Assembly (NCBI GenBank): GCA_038866255.1 | Contig: JAWBZL010000002.1 | Span: forward strand, 7,744 to 71,743 | Direction: 5' to 3' | DNA length: 64,000 bases | Origin: Archaeoglobaceae archaeon | Lineage (GTDB): Archaea > Halobacteriota > Archaeoglobi > Archaeoglobales > Archaeoglobaceae | In this document: positions 34,049 to 43,458 of the stretch, piece after piece | Layout: each line of letters starts with the position of its first letter | Position numbering within the stretch: position 1 is the stretch's first letter | Made by a program: the position numbers and the translations under genes | Notes under the pieces: generated by a model | Database searches by the model: none | The model's input: only the letters and a program-made list of their open reading frames with translations | Told to the model about the DNA's origin: nothing

Positions 34049-34855
34049 ATGCACAGAGAAGAGATAAGAGTTGCTGTGCTCAGAATTGAGGGGACAAACT
34101 GTGAAGATGAAACCGTTAACGCTTTTAGAAGCTTTGGAGTTGAAGCTGAGGCTGTGCACTTAAAGCAGTTTTACAGCGATATGATAAGATTTGAAGATCA
34201 GCGAAGCATCTTCGATTACCACTGCCTCGTCTTTCCCGGCGGATTCTCCGCAGGTGACTATGTTCGCGCGGGTGCGATTTTTTCTGCAAGAGTTAAAAGT
34301 GTTTTAAAAAAGGATCTTGAAGAATTTATAAGATCGGGCTACCCAATACTTGGTATCTGCAATGGTTTCCAGATTCTTGTAGAACTTGGAGCACTGCCAG
34401 GTTTTGATGAGGATAAACCGATTTCGGAAACACCCCAGATGGCATTAGCGATAAATGACTCTGGCAGATTTGAATGCAGATCAAGTTTGCTAAAAAAGGA
34501 GAGCTCAAAGTGCATTTTTACAAAAAAAGTTAAAAAAGAGATACTGCAAATCCCGGTAGCACATGCGGAGGGAAAAGTTGTATTTCCAAAGGGTAAAGAG
34601 GAGGAGTTTGTAAAAATGTTGAAAGAGAATGAACAGATTGTTTTTAGATACGTTGATGAAAAAGGAAACTACGCGGGCTACCCTTGGAACCCAAATGGGA
34701 GCTACTACAACATAGCTGGAATTTGCAATACACTTTACAACGTTTTTGGACTCATGCCGCATCCGGAGAGAGTTTTCTTCGACTACCGCAGAAATTCGCA
34801 GGGCGACGGATATTATATATTCGAAAGTGTAATCGAATACCTTGAAAGGCTATGA
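34049..34855 (+). CDS. purQ: Phosphoribosylformylglycinamidine synthase subunit I (glutaminase)
   Basis: 268 aa; GICNGFQIL nucleophile elbow, MPHPER. Confidence 0.9.
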   Translation: MHREEIRVAVLRIEGTNCEDETVNAFRSFGVEAEAVHLKQFYSDMIRFEDQRSIFDYHCLVFPGGFSAGDYVRAGAIFSARVKSVLKKDLEEFIRSGYPILGICNGFQILVELGALPGFDEDKPISETPQMALAINDSGRFECRSSLLKKESSKCIFTKKVKKEILQIPVAHAEGKVVFPKGKEEEFVKMLKENEQIVFRYVDEKGNYAGYPWNPNGSYYNIAGICNTLYNVFGLMPHPERVFFDYRRNSQGDGYYIFESVIEYLERL

Positions 34856-35631
34856 AGATCAGGGTTGCGGATTACATGACGAGGAACGTTTACACACTAA
34901 ATCCCGAGGATAAAGTTGCGAATGCAATTGAGCTCATAAAAAAGACTGGACACGACAGTTTTCCGGTTATAGATGGAGAAAGAAGGGTCATTGGATACGT
35001 TTCAGCAGTGGACATTATCGGAGTTCATCCGGAAACAAAGATAAAGGATGTGATGTCAAAGCAGTTATACGTTGCGAGAGAGTTTATGGATCTACGCGAT
35101 GTTGCGAGAGTTATGTTCAGGACTGGGCATTCAAAGCTCCCCGTTGTGGATGAGGCAAACAGACTCATAGGAATAATTTCGAATGCTGATGTCATAAGGA
35201 GCCAGATCGAGCGAGCAGATCCATCAAAAGTTGAGAAGCTTAGAAAAACGATAGAGAAAGTTCATGGAATCAATGTGGATGTTTTTCGTGGTAAAGTAGA
35301 AGTTTCTAAGTTGATTCCAACTCAAAGCAAAGTGTATGCAGATGAGTTGAAGGGAAGAGTGCACGAAATTAAACGTGGACTTGCTGAACCAGTAATTGTC
35401 ATAAAAAAAGATTCCCGGTTCTTTCTTGTGGACGGACATCACAGAGCTATTGCTGCCCTTAAGCTCGGAATTGAGGAACTGGATGCCTACATTATTTCAG
35501 TAAATGGCGAATTCGAGCTCGGAATTGAAAGAATGGCTAAAAAGAAAGGTTTAAATTCTCTTAGAGACGTGGAGATAATCGAAGACGTCCCACATCCTCT
35601 TGTTGAGATAACGTTCAGAAATCTGGGATAA
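34852..35631 (+). CDS. CBS-pair domain fused to a ParB/Sulfiredoxin (ParBc) domain
   Basis: Two CBS repeats (res ~1-125), then LIPTQS...PVIVIKKDSRFFLVDGHHRAIAA, the ParB/Srx GxxR/DGHHR-type box. Confidence 0.75.
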   Translation: MKIRVADYMTRNVYTLNPEDKVANAIELIKKTGHDSFPVIDGERRVIGYVSAVDIIGVHPETKIKDVMSKQLYVAREFMDLRDVARVMFRTGHSKLPVVDEANRLIGIISNADVIRSQIERADPSKVEKLRKTIEKVHGINVDVFRGKVEVSKLIPTQSKVYADELKGRVHEIKRGLAEPVIVIKKDSRFFLVDGHHRAIAALKLGIEELDAYIISVNGEFELGIERMAKKKGLNSLRDVEIIEDVPHPLVEITFRNLG

Positions 35632-35632
35632 T

Positions 35633-35923
35633 ATGCAGAAAAAACAAGTTATCTGGGCAGCAAACCTGGATGCAAAAAAAACGAGGGCTGAAGGTAGAAA
35701 AATTCCAAAAAGGCTTGCAATACCAAATATACGTTTTCAAGAACTTGTTCAGGCATGCAAAGAGCTTGGATTCAAATTTGAGAGTGAGAACAAGAAATAT
35801 CCGAGAAGCTGGTGGGAAGAAGGAGGGAGAGTTGTTGTCGAGGAGAATAAAAGAAAAATTGATTTGATGCTTGCAATTGCGAAAAAAGTTGCTGAAATAA
35901 GAGAGAGAAAGAGAAAGAAATGA
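35633..35923 (+). CDS. srp19: Signal recognition particle protein SRP19
   Basis: 96 aa; VIWAANLDAKKTRAEGRKIPK...YPRSWWE SRP19 signature. Confidence 0.9.
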   Translation: MQKKQVIWAANLDAKKTRAEGRKIPKRLAIPNIRFQELVQACKELGFKFESENKKYPRSWWEEGGRVVVEENKRKIDLMLAIAKKVAEIRERKRKK

Positions 35924-36876
35924 AATACGTCTTCTTTCTTTCTGGAGAGAACGTTAAAATTGCTGAAGCAGAGGTTTTAAGTCTTGCAAAATGTTATGGG
36001 GAAATTATCAGCTGGGAGCTCGATGAAAGAGTTTTAACACTCGATTTCAATGGGGAGAACTTCTTCGAAAGACTTGCATTTTCCCATGAGGTTAGTGAAC
36101 TCTTCTCAATTTGCAGTTTCTCAGAAATTGAAAAAGAGTTCTCGAAGATGAATATCGATGGCACTTGCTGTGTTCGCGCAACCGGAATTGGAATTAAGGT
36201 AAATGAAAACGTTGAAAGAAAACTTGGTGAAATTCTGTGGAAAAAGGGAGCAAGAATAAAACTTGAGAACCCGAAAAATCTGATAAGGGTTTACTTAACT
36301 CCAAAACGTTGTTACATTGGATTTCTTGTTTTTAGGCAAAAAAAGAAGCAATTCTTGGAGAGGGAACCGAATAAAAGGCCATTTTTTATGCCAATAGTTA
36401 CATTGCCAAAGTTCTCAAGAGCGCTCGTAAATCTTGCCGCGATTAAATCCGGGAAAATACTCGATCCAATGTGTGGGACTGGCTCTTTTTTGATTGAAGC
36501 TGGGCTTATGAAGCTTGAGATTTTTGGGATGGATTACTACAGAGACATCGTTTATGGCTGTAGGGAAAATCTGGAATTCTATGGGCTTGAAGGGGAGTTA
36601 GTCCAAGGCGATGTGCGAAGCATGCCATTCAAAGAGGACTCTTTCGAAGCCATTGTTACTGATTATCCATACTTCAAAGCTACGAGAAAAGGATCGGAGG
36701 AAGATCTCTATGAGAAGAGTCTTCAGGAGATTTCAAGAGTGCTGAAAAAGAAGAAAAGAGCTGTTATTGTGACAAATCAGGAAATTGAGGATTTCCCGCT
36801 AAAATTGGTTTACAGATTCACCCAGCGGGTTCATGGCTCGCTAACAAGGAGAATATATGTGCTTGAAAAGGATTAG
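35920..36876 (+). CDS. THUMP-domain tRNA (guanine-N2)-methyltransferase (Trm-G10/Trm11 family)
   Basis: 318 aa; SAM motif I DPMCGTGSFLIEAG, motif IV DYPY, N-terminal THUMP-like region. Confidence 0.8.
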   Translation: MKYVFFLSGENVKIAEAEVLSLAKCYGEIISWELDERVLTLDFNGENFFERLAFSHEVSELFSICSFSEIEKEFSKMNIDGTCCVRATGIGIKVNENVERKLGEILWKKGARIKLENPKNLIRVYLTPKRCYIGFLVFRQKKKQFLEREPNKRPFFMPIVTLPKFSRALVNLAAIKSGKILDPMCGTGSFLIEAGLMKLEIFGMDYYRDIVYGCRENLEFYGLEGELVQGDVRSMPFKEDSFEAIVTDYPYFKATRKGSEEDLYEKSLQEISRVLKKKKRAVIVTNQEIEDFPLKLVYRFTQRVHGSLTRRIYVLEKD

Positions 36877-36948
36877 ATAGATGAGAAGTGTGAAAAATTT
36901 TATGATTATAATGAAAAAGTTTAACTACTCCGTGTTGAAATATATACA

Positions 36949-38658
36949 ATGGCAAGATTCCCAATTACCCTATTAAAAAAGGAGGCTAAGAGGACTGAGA
37001 AAGTAGGGGATGAAATTGGAGAGGAAGGATTGGAAACTTATGAGAAAGAGGCAATAGAGACGATAAGGGCTGTAAAAAAAGAGGAGAAAACTCTAAAAAC
37101 CAAAAAAGAGAAGAGATTTTTAAGAAAGGAAAAAATAAAAGAGTATAACATTGAGCTTTATGGACCACTTGTAGAATTTACTCCGCCCCAAGGTTGGAGA
37201 ATTGTTGAGGAATACTGGATAAAAGAGCCTTACTGCAAGGTTTACATTCTTTACAGCGATGAGGAGCAAGATTATAGATACTTCGTCATAGAACCCAGAC
37301 TCTCTCCCTACGAGCTCGAAGTTTATGGGCAAATATTCCTACTTGTCAGAGAGGAACTCGAAAAGATTGCCATCAAAGATGGGATGGACAAAGAGACTGT
37401 GCTAAAAGAAACCTATACAAAGATTCTAAATGAGCTTGGGGCTGAGATCGATGAGAAAGGATATTTCAAGATACTCTACTACCTCATGCGCGATCTTCTT
37501 GGCTACGGAAAAATATTTGCTCTAATAAAGGATAGGACTCTTGAAGACATATCATGCAATGGATACAGAAAGCCAATCTATGTTTTCCATCGCCTATACA
37601 CAAATCTCAGAACAAACATCGTCTTCGAGAACGAGGACGAGTTAGACTCATTCGTGATCAATCTCGCGCAGAAGTGCGGGAAGCATCTCAGCATTGCTGA
37701 GCCGATGGTGGATGCTACAATGCCAGACGGGAGCAGAATTCAGCTCACTCTCGGAAAAGAAGTCACAGATCACGGCTCAACTTTCACGATAAGGAAGTTC
37801 AGAGAAGAACCAGTTACGCCAATAGACTTAATAGCCTGGAAAACCTTCAGCGTAGAGCAAATGGCATACATATGGCTTTGCATAGAAAACAAGAAGTCTT
37901 TGCTCTTCGCAGGAGGGACAGCGAGCGGGAAAACAACATCTATGAACGCTATCTCTCTTTTCATTCCAAGGAGGGCGAAGATTGTAACAATCGAGGACAC
38001 AAGGGAACTGATGCTTCCGCACGAGAACTGGATTCCTGCAGTAACGAGAGATGCTTTCCATGGAGAGAAGGGGGCGATAGACATGTACGACTTGCTAAGA
38101 GCTGCGCTGAGACAAAGGCCAGAATACATACTCGTCGGAGAAGTTCGAGGAAGGGAAGCGCTTACGCTCTTCCAAGCGATGGCGACCGGGCATACTACTT
38201 ATTCAACGCTCCACGCCGACAGCGTTAGCGGTGCAATTCATCGCCTTGAAAATCCGCCAATAGAGGTTCCAAGGCCGATGCTTGAGGCTTTGAACATCAT
38301 AAGCATACAAGCGCAGACATATGTGAGTGATCGAAGAGTTAGGAGGAACATCGAAATCGCTGAAATCGTTGGCCTGGATGCGCACACAAAAATGCTCCGC
38401 ACGAGCACTGTTTTCCAGTGGGATAGCGTTAAGGATGAGCATTTGATGGTTGGCACTTCTAAGGCTCTCGAAGACATTCGAAATCATCGCGGCTGGAGTG
38501 TTAAGGAGCTAAACGATGAGCTCGAAAGGCGAAAGAGAGTTCTGGAATTCATGGCTGTGCACAACATAAGGGATTTCAGGAGTGTGAGCAACGCAATTCA
38601 TGCATATCAAATAAATCCCGAGAGAGCGATGAAATTGCTCGGTGTTCAGGAGCTTTGA
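36949..38658 (+). CDS. FlaI/PilB-like type IV filament (type II/IV secretion) ATPase
   Basis: 569 aa; YFVIEPRLSPYE N-domain, Walker A GGTASGKTT, Walker B PEYILVGEVRG, His box TGHTTYSTLHA; K/E-rich N-terminal ~60 aa. Confidence 0.9.
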   Translation: MARFPITLLKKEAKRTEKVGDEIGEEGLETYEKEAIETIRAVKKEEKTLKTKKEKRFLRKEKIKEYNIELYGPLVEFTPPQGWRIVEEYWIKEPYCKVYILYSDEEQDYRYFVIEPRLSPYELEVYGQIFLLVREELEKIAIKDGMDKETVLKETYTKILNELGAEIDEKGYFKILYYLMRDLLGYGKIFALIKDRTLEDISCNGYRKPIYVFHRLYTNLRTNIVFENEDELDSFVINLAQKCGKHLSIAEPMVDATMPDGSRIQLTLGKEVTDHGSTFTIRKFREEPVTPIDLIAWKTFSVEQMAYIWLCIENKKSLLFAGGTASGKTTSMNAISLFIPRRAKIVTIEDTRELMLPHENWIPAVTRDAFHGEKGAIDMYDLLRAALRQRPEYILVGEVRGREALTLFQAMATGHTTYSTLHADSVSGAIHRLENPPIEVPRPMLEALNIISIQAQTYVSDRRVRRNIEIAEIVGLDAHTKMLRTSTVFQWDSVKDEHLMVGTSKALEDIRNHRGWSVKELNDELERRKRVLEFMAVHNIRDFRSVSNAIHAYQINPERAMKLLGVQEL

Positions 38659-39170
38659 TAGTCTACACAATTGGTCATTCTAACCGAGATTTCTCCTCTT
38701 TTCTTAATCTGCTCCTCTCTAATAGTATAGAAGTTGTTGTCGATGTTCGCAGGTTTCCTAAGTCTAAATTTGAGCACTTCAACTCACAGCAGTTACAGAC
38801 AAAACTCAAAGAGTTTGGAATCGAGTATTTGCATCTTGAAGGACTTGGAGGGTTTAGGAAAAAAGGGCTGAAAAATTCTCCGAATGTCGCAATAAAAAGT
38901 CCTGGTTTTAGGAAGTATGCAGACTACATGCTAACGGAGGAATTTGAAAAAGAGATTGAAAAAGTTGTTGAACTCGCTACAAAAAGAAAAATTGTGCTTA
39001 TGTGTGCAGAAAAATTTTTCTGGAAGTGTCATAGGAAATTTATCGCTGATTATCTGACTCTTAAAGGCTTTAGAGTTCTTCACATAATAGATGGGAAGAT
39101 TTTAATACATGAGTTAAGCAAAAATGCTCGAGTCGAGAATGGAAAATTGATATATGATCAGAGCCTTTAA
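38655..39170 (+). CDS. DUF488 family protein
   Basis: 171 aa; N-terminal IVYTIGHSNR and VVDVRRFP motifs of DUF488; TTG start overlapping the ATPase TGA (TTGA); no in-frame ATG/GTG upstream. Confidence 0.75.
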   Translation: MIVYTIGHSNRDFSSFLNLLLSNSIEVVVDVRRFPKSKFEHFNSQQLQTKLKEFGIEYLHLEGLGGFRKKGLKNSPNVAIKSPGFRKYADYMLTEEFEKEIEKVVELATKRKIVLMCAEKFFWKCHRKFIADYLTLKGFRVLHIIDGKILIHELSKNARVENGKLIYDQSL

Positions 39171-39211
39171 CATGGCCTCGGGACTTCGGATCAGTCTGAG
39201 CGATAAAAAAA

Positions 39212-39219
39212 TTTATATA
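39212..39219 (+). promoter_or_regulatory. TATA box of the histone gene
   Basis: TTTATATA ~50 nt upstream of ATG 39265, with GGAGGGA SD at 39250-39256. Confidence 0.45.
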
Positions 39220-39264
39220 AGAGATTATCATTGGAAAGATTGCTGACTCGGAGGGAGATGTAAA

Positions 39265-39477
39265 ATGGAACTACCCCTTGCACCAGTTGAGAGGTTGTTG
39301 AAAAAAGCTGGAGCAGTGAGGGTAAGTGAAGGTGCAAAAATTGAACTCGTGAAAGCGATAGAAAACTACGCTCTTGAGATTGCAAAGAAATCTTTTGAGA
39401 TTGCAAAGAATTCTGGGAGGAAAACTATAAAAGCGGAGGACATAAAGCTTGCTGCAAGCAGCATTCAAAAGAGTTAA
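39265..39477 (+). CDS. Archaeal histone (HMf family)
   Basis: 70 aa; [22 protein letters not shown]...[13 protein letters not shown] histone-fold signature. Confidence 0.92.
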   Translation: MELPLAPVERLLKKAGAVRVSEGAKIELVKAIENYALEIAKKSFEIAKNSGRKTIKAEDIKLAASSIQKS

Positions 39478-40586
39478 ATTTTTCTTTTTTTACTTTTGCA
39501 GTTTCTGTAGAAAATGAGAGGGTGTTTTACATTGCAGTTTGCAACGCAGTTGTGATAGCTTTTCATTGTATCACAGGAAGGGGAAACGTATTCAGCCCCC
39601 TTTCCTTTCATTCCCGCGATATGCTCAACTTGGTATCTTGACTTCTCTTCATCAAAGTCTGGAGCAGCCTTGAAGAGTCTTATTATGTCTTCAACATCCA
39701 TACCGATGTTTAGTAGAAAGGATGTTAGCGCAAATCTCGCTGTATGAGGAACGTTCATACCTCTGTGGAGTTCAGAGAGTATTTCAAGCATACAGGGAGG
39801 CAGACACTTCATGTCTACTTCTCCAATCTCAAAGTCAACCTTTCTCTCCTTCACCGCAATCGTCTGCAACTCTTTCAGCTTCGGTTCCAGTATTTTTGCA
39901 AAACCTGAAGTTCTCTCAAAAAGTCTTATTCTGAGCATTTCCTCCATTATCCTGATTACTTCTACTTTGCTCGTTTTTACAAAACCCCTCACGATTTTTC
40001 TGTTGACAAGTCTCCATTCGTCACTTCTAATCCGTGCGGCTGCTTTTAGGTAGCCTGAAACATGAGTGTTCCATCCTTTTAGCTTTATCCCGAGGTCAAA
40101 TGCCAGTATGCGAAGCACTTCTTCGCTCTCTTTTTCAAAGGCTTTTTTGAATCCATTAGCTTGTTGAACAGCGAATCTCATCCGTGCCCAATCCTCGAGT
40201 CTTGAGACAAGCATTCTCGCTAAAAAATGTGTGAGAACAGCAATTTTTGCATTCTGGACTATTTCTTTCTCATCTTCAAGTCTATAGCTAATTTTGCAAT
40301 TTGCAAAGCACTTCAAGCAGAGATTGCAGTTCTGAAACTTGCCAATTTCAATGCATTTAAAGCATCCAAGATCGCATTTTATGCATGGGAATCCAGCAGT
40401 TTCTGCAAGGGATTTTTTTTCACATCTTTTACCCTTCAGAGAATCTTCAACAATATTTTTTGCATTCTCTGCAATTTCGGGTAGTTTACTAACTTCTTTT
40501 TCAATTTCAATGGATCCAAAAAGGGGGACAGCAAGCTTTAGAAAGGGGTAAACGGACAAAAGACGAAAAACAGGTAAAAATTTCAT
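39474..40586 (-). CDS. priL: DNA primase large subunit PriL, with an extra Cys-rich insertion
   Basis: 370 aa; YPFL N-terminus. C-terminal Fe-S domain CLPPCM...[16 protein letters not shown]...[17 protein letters not shown]. Additional 9-Cys segment at res 55-97. Confidence 0.85.
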   Translation of the reverse strand: MKFLPVFRLLSVYPFLKLAVPLFGSIEIEKEVSKLPEIAENAKNIVEDSLKGKRCEKKSLAETAGFPCIKCDLGCFKCIEIGKFQNCNLCLKCFANCKISYRLEDEKEIVQNAKIAVLTHFLARMLVSRLEDWARMRFAVQQANGFKKAFEKESEEVLRILAFDLGIKLKGWNTHVSGYLKAAARIRSDEWRLVNRKIVRGFVKTSKVEVIRIMEEMLRIRLFERTSGFAKILEPKLKELQTIAVKERKVDFEIGEVDMKCLPPCMLEILSELHRGMNVPHTARFALTSFLLNIGMDVEDIIRLFKAAPDFDEEKSRYQVEHIAGMKGKGAEYVSPSCDTMKSYHNCVANCNVKHPLIFYRNCKSKKRKI

Positions 40587-41326
40587 TAGCTTTCTACGCG
40601 GGGAGCGAGAATATATTCGACTTTTATTTTCCCCTCAACGAGCTCAAAAGAGAACCTACCCGGGTAGTTTGTGCCCAGAGAAATTGTTAGCAGATCACCA
40701 GGATTTGCGACTTTGCAAAATTCCTTCAGATAATCTACGCTGAACATACTCTTAGCCTCGCTTCCATTGAACTCAATAAGCTCTCCTCCACTCATTGTGA
40801 ACGTCAATTTTTCCACGTCCCCTTTTGCTTCGATTGTGAAGCTGTTTTTGTCCGTTCGAAGAACTATGTTCTCGCTTATCTTTTCAGTTGCAGAAATTGC
40901 CTTCTTAAATTCACCCGCATCAAGAACTACTTTTGCAGGTAGATTAAGCTCTGGGATTTTCGGCTCTTTTCTTATCGCAGACGGATCAATTAGGGCCAAG
41001 TTGTATTCAACACTCCTGAACTTGACACGCAAATTCGTTTCGTTGAGTAGCGAGATCTCAACAAAATCTTTCGCGCTTATGGTTTTGCTTATGTCAAAAA
41101 TTCTGTTCATGTCCACACCTATTGTTTTCTCTGTTTCGATTCTGTAACTTTCCATCGAGTCTTTTGGCACATCAACGACAACCATTGCAACATTTGATGG
41201 ATCAACCGCTCTCGAATGAATACCTTTGTTGAGGAAATGAATTCTGCACTCGCTCACAAGTGCGACAATTGCTCTTGAAATCGTCTTCAGTATCTCTCCG
41301 GACATTATTACTTCAACCATATTCAA
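40586..41326 (-). CDS. pcn: DNA polymerase sliding clamp PCNA
   Basis: 246 aa; ...HSRAVDPSNVAMVVVDVP...YRIE..., C-terminal APRVES; stop shares 1 nt with the priL ATG. Confidence 0.9.
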   Translation of the reverse strand: MNMVEVIMSGEILKTISRAIVALVSECRIHFLNKGIHSRAVDPSNVAMVVVDVPKDSMESYRIETEKTIGVDMNRIFDISKTISAKDFVEISLLNETNLRVKFRSVEYNLALIDPSAIRKEPKIPELNLPAKVVLDAGEFKKAISATEKISENIVLRTDKNSFTIEAKGDVEKLTFTMSGGELIEFNGSEAKSMFSVDYLKEFCKVANPGDLLTISLGTNYPGRFSFELVEGKIKVEYILAPRVES

Positions 41327-41471
41327 GCTTTTTTAGCTCCGTTAATATTTATTTTTTTCTACCCAGTTTCGCCTGAAAATGAAAATTTCAATAATTATTA
41401 AAATCTCTTAAGGAAAGGAAACCAAAAAGAATTTTTATATCCATTTATAAAACCTTAATGAGGTGTTGGGA

Positions 41472-42368
41472 ATGAGGCTTGAGGAAATTAAACGGGTTGC
41501 AGTTATAGGCGCTGGAGCAATGGGCAGTCAGATTGCACAACTCTTGTCGCGGGTAGGGAAATATGATGTAGTAATGGTGGATGTAAGCGAAGAGCTCTTG
41601 AAGCGTGCAATGGATTCAATAAAATCTGATTTGAAGAAGTATTTTGTTGCAAAGGGTAAAATGACGGAAGAAGAGATGAGAGAAGTTGTTGCACGTATTA
41701 AAGTGACTACAAGTATTGCAGAAGCTGTAAAGGATGCGGATTTTGTAATTGAAGCTGTTTTCGAAAACTTAGAACTGAAAAAGAAGATTTTTGCAGAACT
41801 GGATAAAAACGCCCCATCAAATGCGATTTTAGCCTCCAATACTTCTGGCTTGAGCATAACAGAGATGGCTGCTGCCACAAAAAGACCAGATAAAGTCGCT
41901 GGTATGCACTTTTTTAATCCAGTAGCCGTTATGAGGTTAGTTGAGGTTGTAAGGGGAGCGCTCACATCAAAGGAGACAGTTGAGCTCGTTTGCTCTCTTG
42001 CGAGAAAGCTTGGTAAAGAACCGGTTGTTTGCAAAGATCTTAGCTACGGATTCTTAGCAAACAGGGCTTATGGGGGAATGATGAGGGAAGCGATTGAAAT
42101 GGTTTGGGAACGCGTTGCATCTCCTGAAGATATAGATAAAGCGTTGAAACTTGGTTACAATCTTCCAATGGGCCCCCTGGAGCTTGGGGACATGACCGGA
42201 GCCTGGGGATTGATGGCATCATCGGAACAGGATAGAATAAGGGAGCTGGGGCCTGAAAAGGGAAGGTTACACCCACTTGTAAGATGGATGGTGAGAGCTG
42301 GTTATACTGGTGGGCCCGGAAAAAAGGGAATATACGACTTCTGGAAAGAAGTTTTGTCGAGGGAGTAA
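41472..42368 (+). CDS. hbd: 3-hydroxyacyl-CoA (3-hydroxybutyryl-CoA) dehydrogenase
   Basis: VAVIGAGAMGSQIAQ Rossmann motif, HFFNPV, 3HCDH C-terminal domain. ATG 41472 is 6 nt after GAGGTG (the track start is the GTG within the SD). Confidence 0.9.
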   Translation: MRLEEIKRVAVIGAGAMGSQIAQLLSRVGKYDVVMVDVSEELLKRAMDSIKSDLKKYFVAKGKMTEEEMREVVARIKVTTSIAEAVKDADFVIEAVFENLELKKKIFAELDKNAPSNAILASNTSGLSITEMAAATKRPDKVAGMHFFNPVAVMRLVEVVRGALTSKETVELVCSLARKLGKEPVVCKDLSYGFLANRAYGGMMREAIEMVWERVASPEDIDKALKLGYNLPMGPLELGDMTGAWGLMASSEQDRIRELGPEKGRLHPLVRWMVRAGYTGGPGKKGIYDFWKEVLSRE

Positions 42369-42369
42369 T

Positions 42370-43149
42370 ATGGAATTCAAAACCATTATTTATGATAAAA
42401 AAGATAACACAGCTTGGATAACTCTCAATCGTCCAGAAGTGCTGAATGCGCAGAACGACCAAATGCGAAAGGAGCTAATTCAGGCACTCGAAGATGCTCG
42501 AATTGATGAGAACGTTCGGGTTATAGTTATAACCGGTGCGGGAGAGCGCGCATTTAGTGCGGGTGCAGACATAAGTGAATTTCCGAATTGGTATCCTGCG
42601 GATTTGTTAAAGCGTAGTGGAACGCTACGTGTTTACGATCTAATTCGCAGCATTCCAAAGCCCGTAATTGCTGCTGTGAATGGCTATGCTTTAGGTGGCG
42701 GCTGTGAACTGGCGATGGCTTGTGATATAATTATAGCTGCAGAAAATGCTGTTTTTGGGCAACCGGAAATAAGAGTTGGAGTGATTCCCGGAGGTGGAGG
42801 AACGCAAATTCTACCGCGATTGATTGGCGAGAAAATGGCAAAGGAAATTATCTTTACCGGTAGATCGATAACAGCGCAGGAAGCTTACAGATTGGGAATG
42901 ATTAACAGAGTCGTTCCGAAGGAAAAGCTGATGGAGGAAGTTAAAAGTATTGTAAAGGAGCTTTTAAAGCGAAGTCCCGTGTTGCTGGCCATAGCTAAAA
43001 TTGCTGTTAACAAGGCAATGGAAACACCTTTAACTGAAGGGCTAAAATGCGAATCAGAGCTATTCGCGCTGTGTTTTGGAACAGAGGACCAGAAGGAGCT
43101 GTCGAAGGCTTTTCTTGAAAAAAGAGAGCCTGTGATTAAGGGGAAGTGA
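42370..43149 (+). CDS. Enoyl-CoA hydratase (crotonase family)
   Basis: MEFKTIIYDKKDNTAWITLNRPEVLNA, GAGERAFSAGADI, NGYALGGGCELAMACD; ATG 1 nt after the hbd stop. Confidence 0.9.
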   Translation: MEFKTIIYDKKDNTAWITLNRPEVLNAQNDQMRKELIQALEDARIDENVRVIVITGAGERAFSAGADISEFPNWYPADLLKRSGTLRVYDLIRSIPKPVIAAVNGYALGGGCELAMACDIIIAAENAVFGQPEIRVGVIPGGGGTQILPRLIGEKMAKEIIFTGRSITAQEAYRLGMINRVVPKEKLMEEVKSIVKELLKRSPVLLAIAKIAVNKAMETPLTEGLKCESELFALCFGTEDQKELSKAFLEKREPVIKGK

Positions 43150-43236
43150 AATTTGGCAAAACTGTAATAGTAGATTTTTTAAAAAATGCATACACCAATG
43201 AAAAAATTTTTTAGTTGAAACGATGTAGAAAACGGG

Positions 43237-43458
43237 ATGAAAACAAGAACGATAAACATCGGCAAAAATGGAATAACGGAAAGCTTAATAAACGAAATAA
43301 AACTGCAACTTGAAAAAAGTGGAGAGTTGAAGATCAGGCTACTTAAAAACTTTGAAAGAAGAAGAGAGAAAGAGTTGGTGGTGAAGGAATTGGCTGAAAG
43401 ACTTAAATGTAGGATTAAGGATGTTCGTGGATTTGTGATAACAATTGAGGTGGTTTGA
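43237..43458 (+). CDS. YhbY/CRS1 (CRM-domain) RNA-binding protein
   Basis: 73 aa; [16 protein letters not shown]...GFVITI pattern of the CRM domain; overlaps the S19e start. Confidence 0.7.
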   Translation: MKTRTINIGKNGITESLINEIKLQLEKSGELKIRLLKNFERRREKELVVKELAERLKCRIKDVRGFVITIEVV

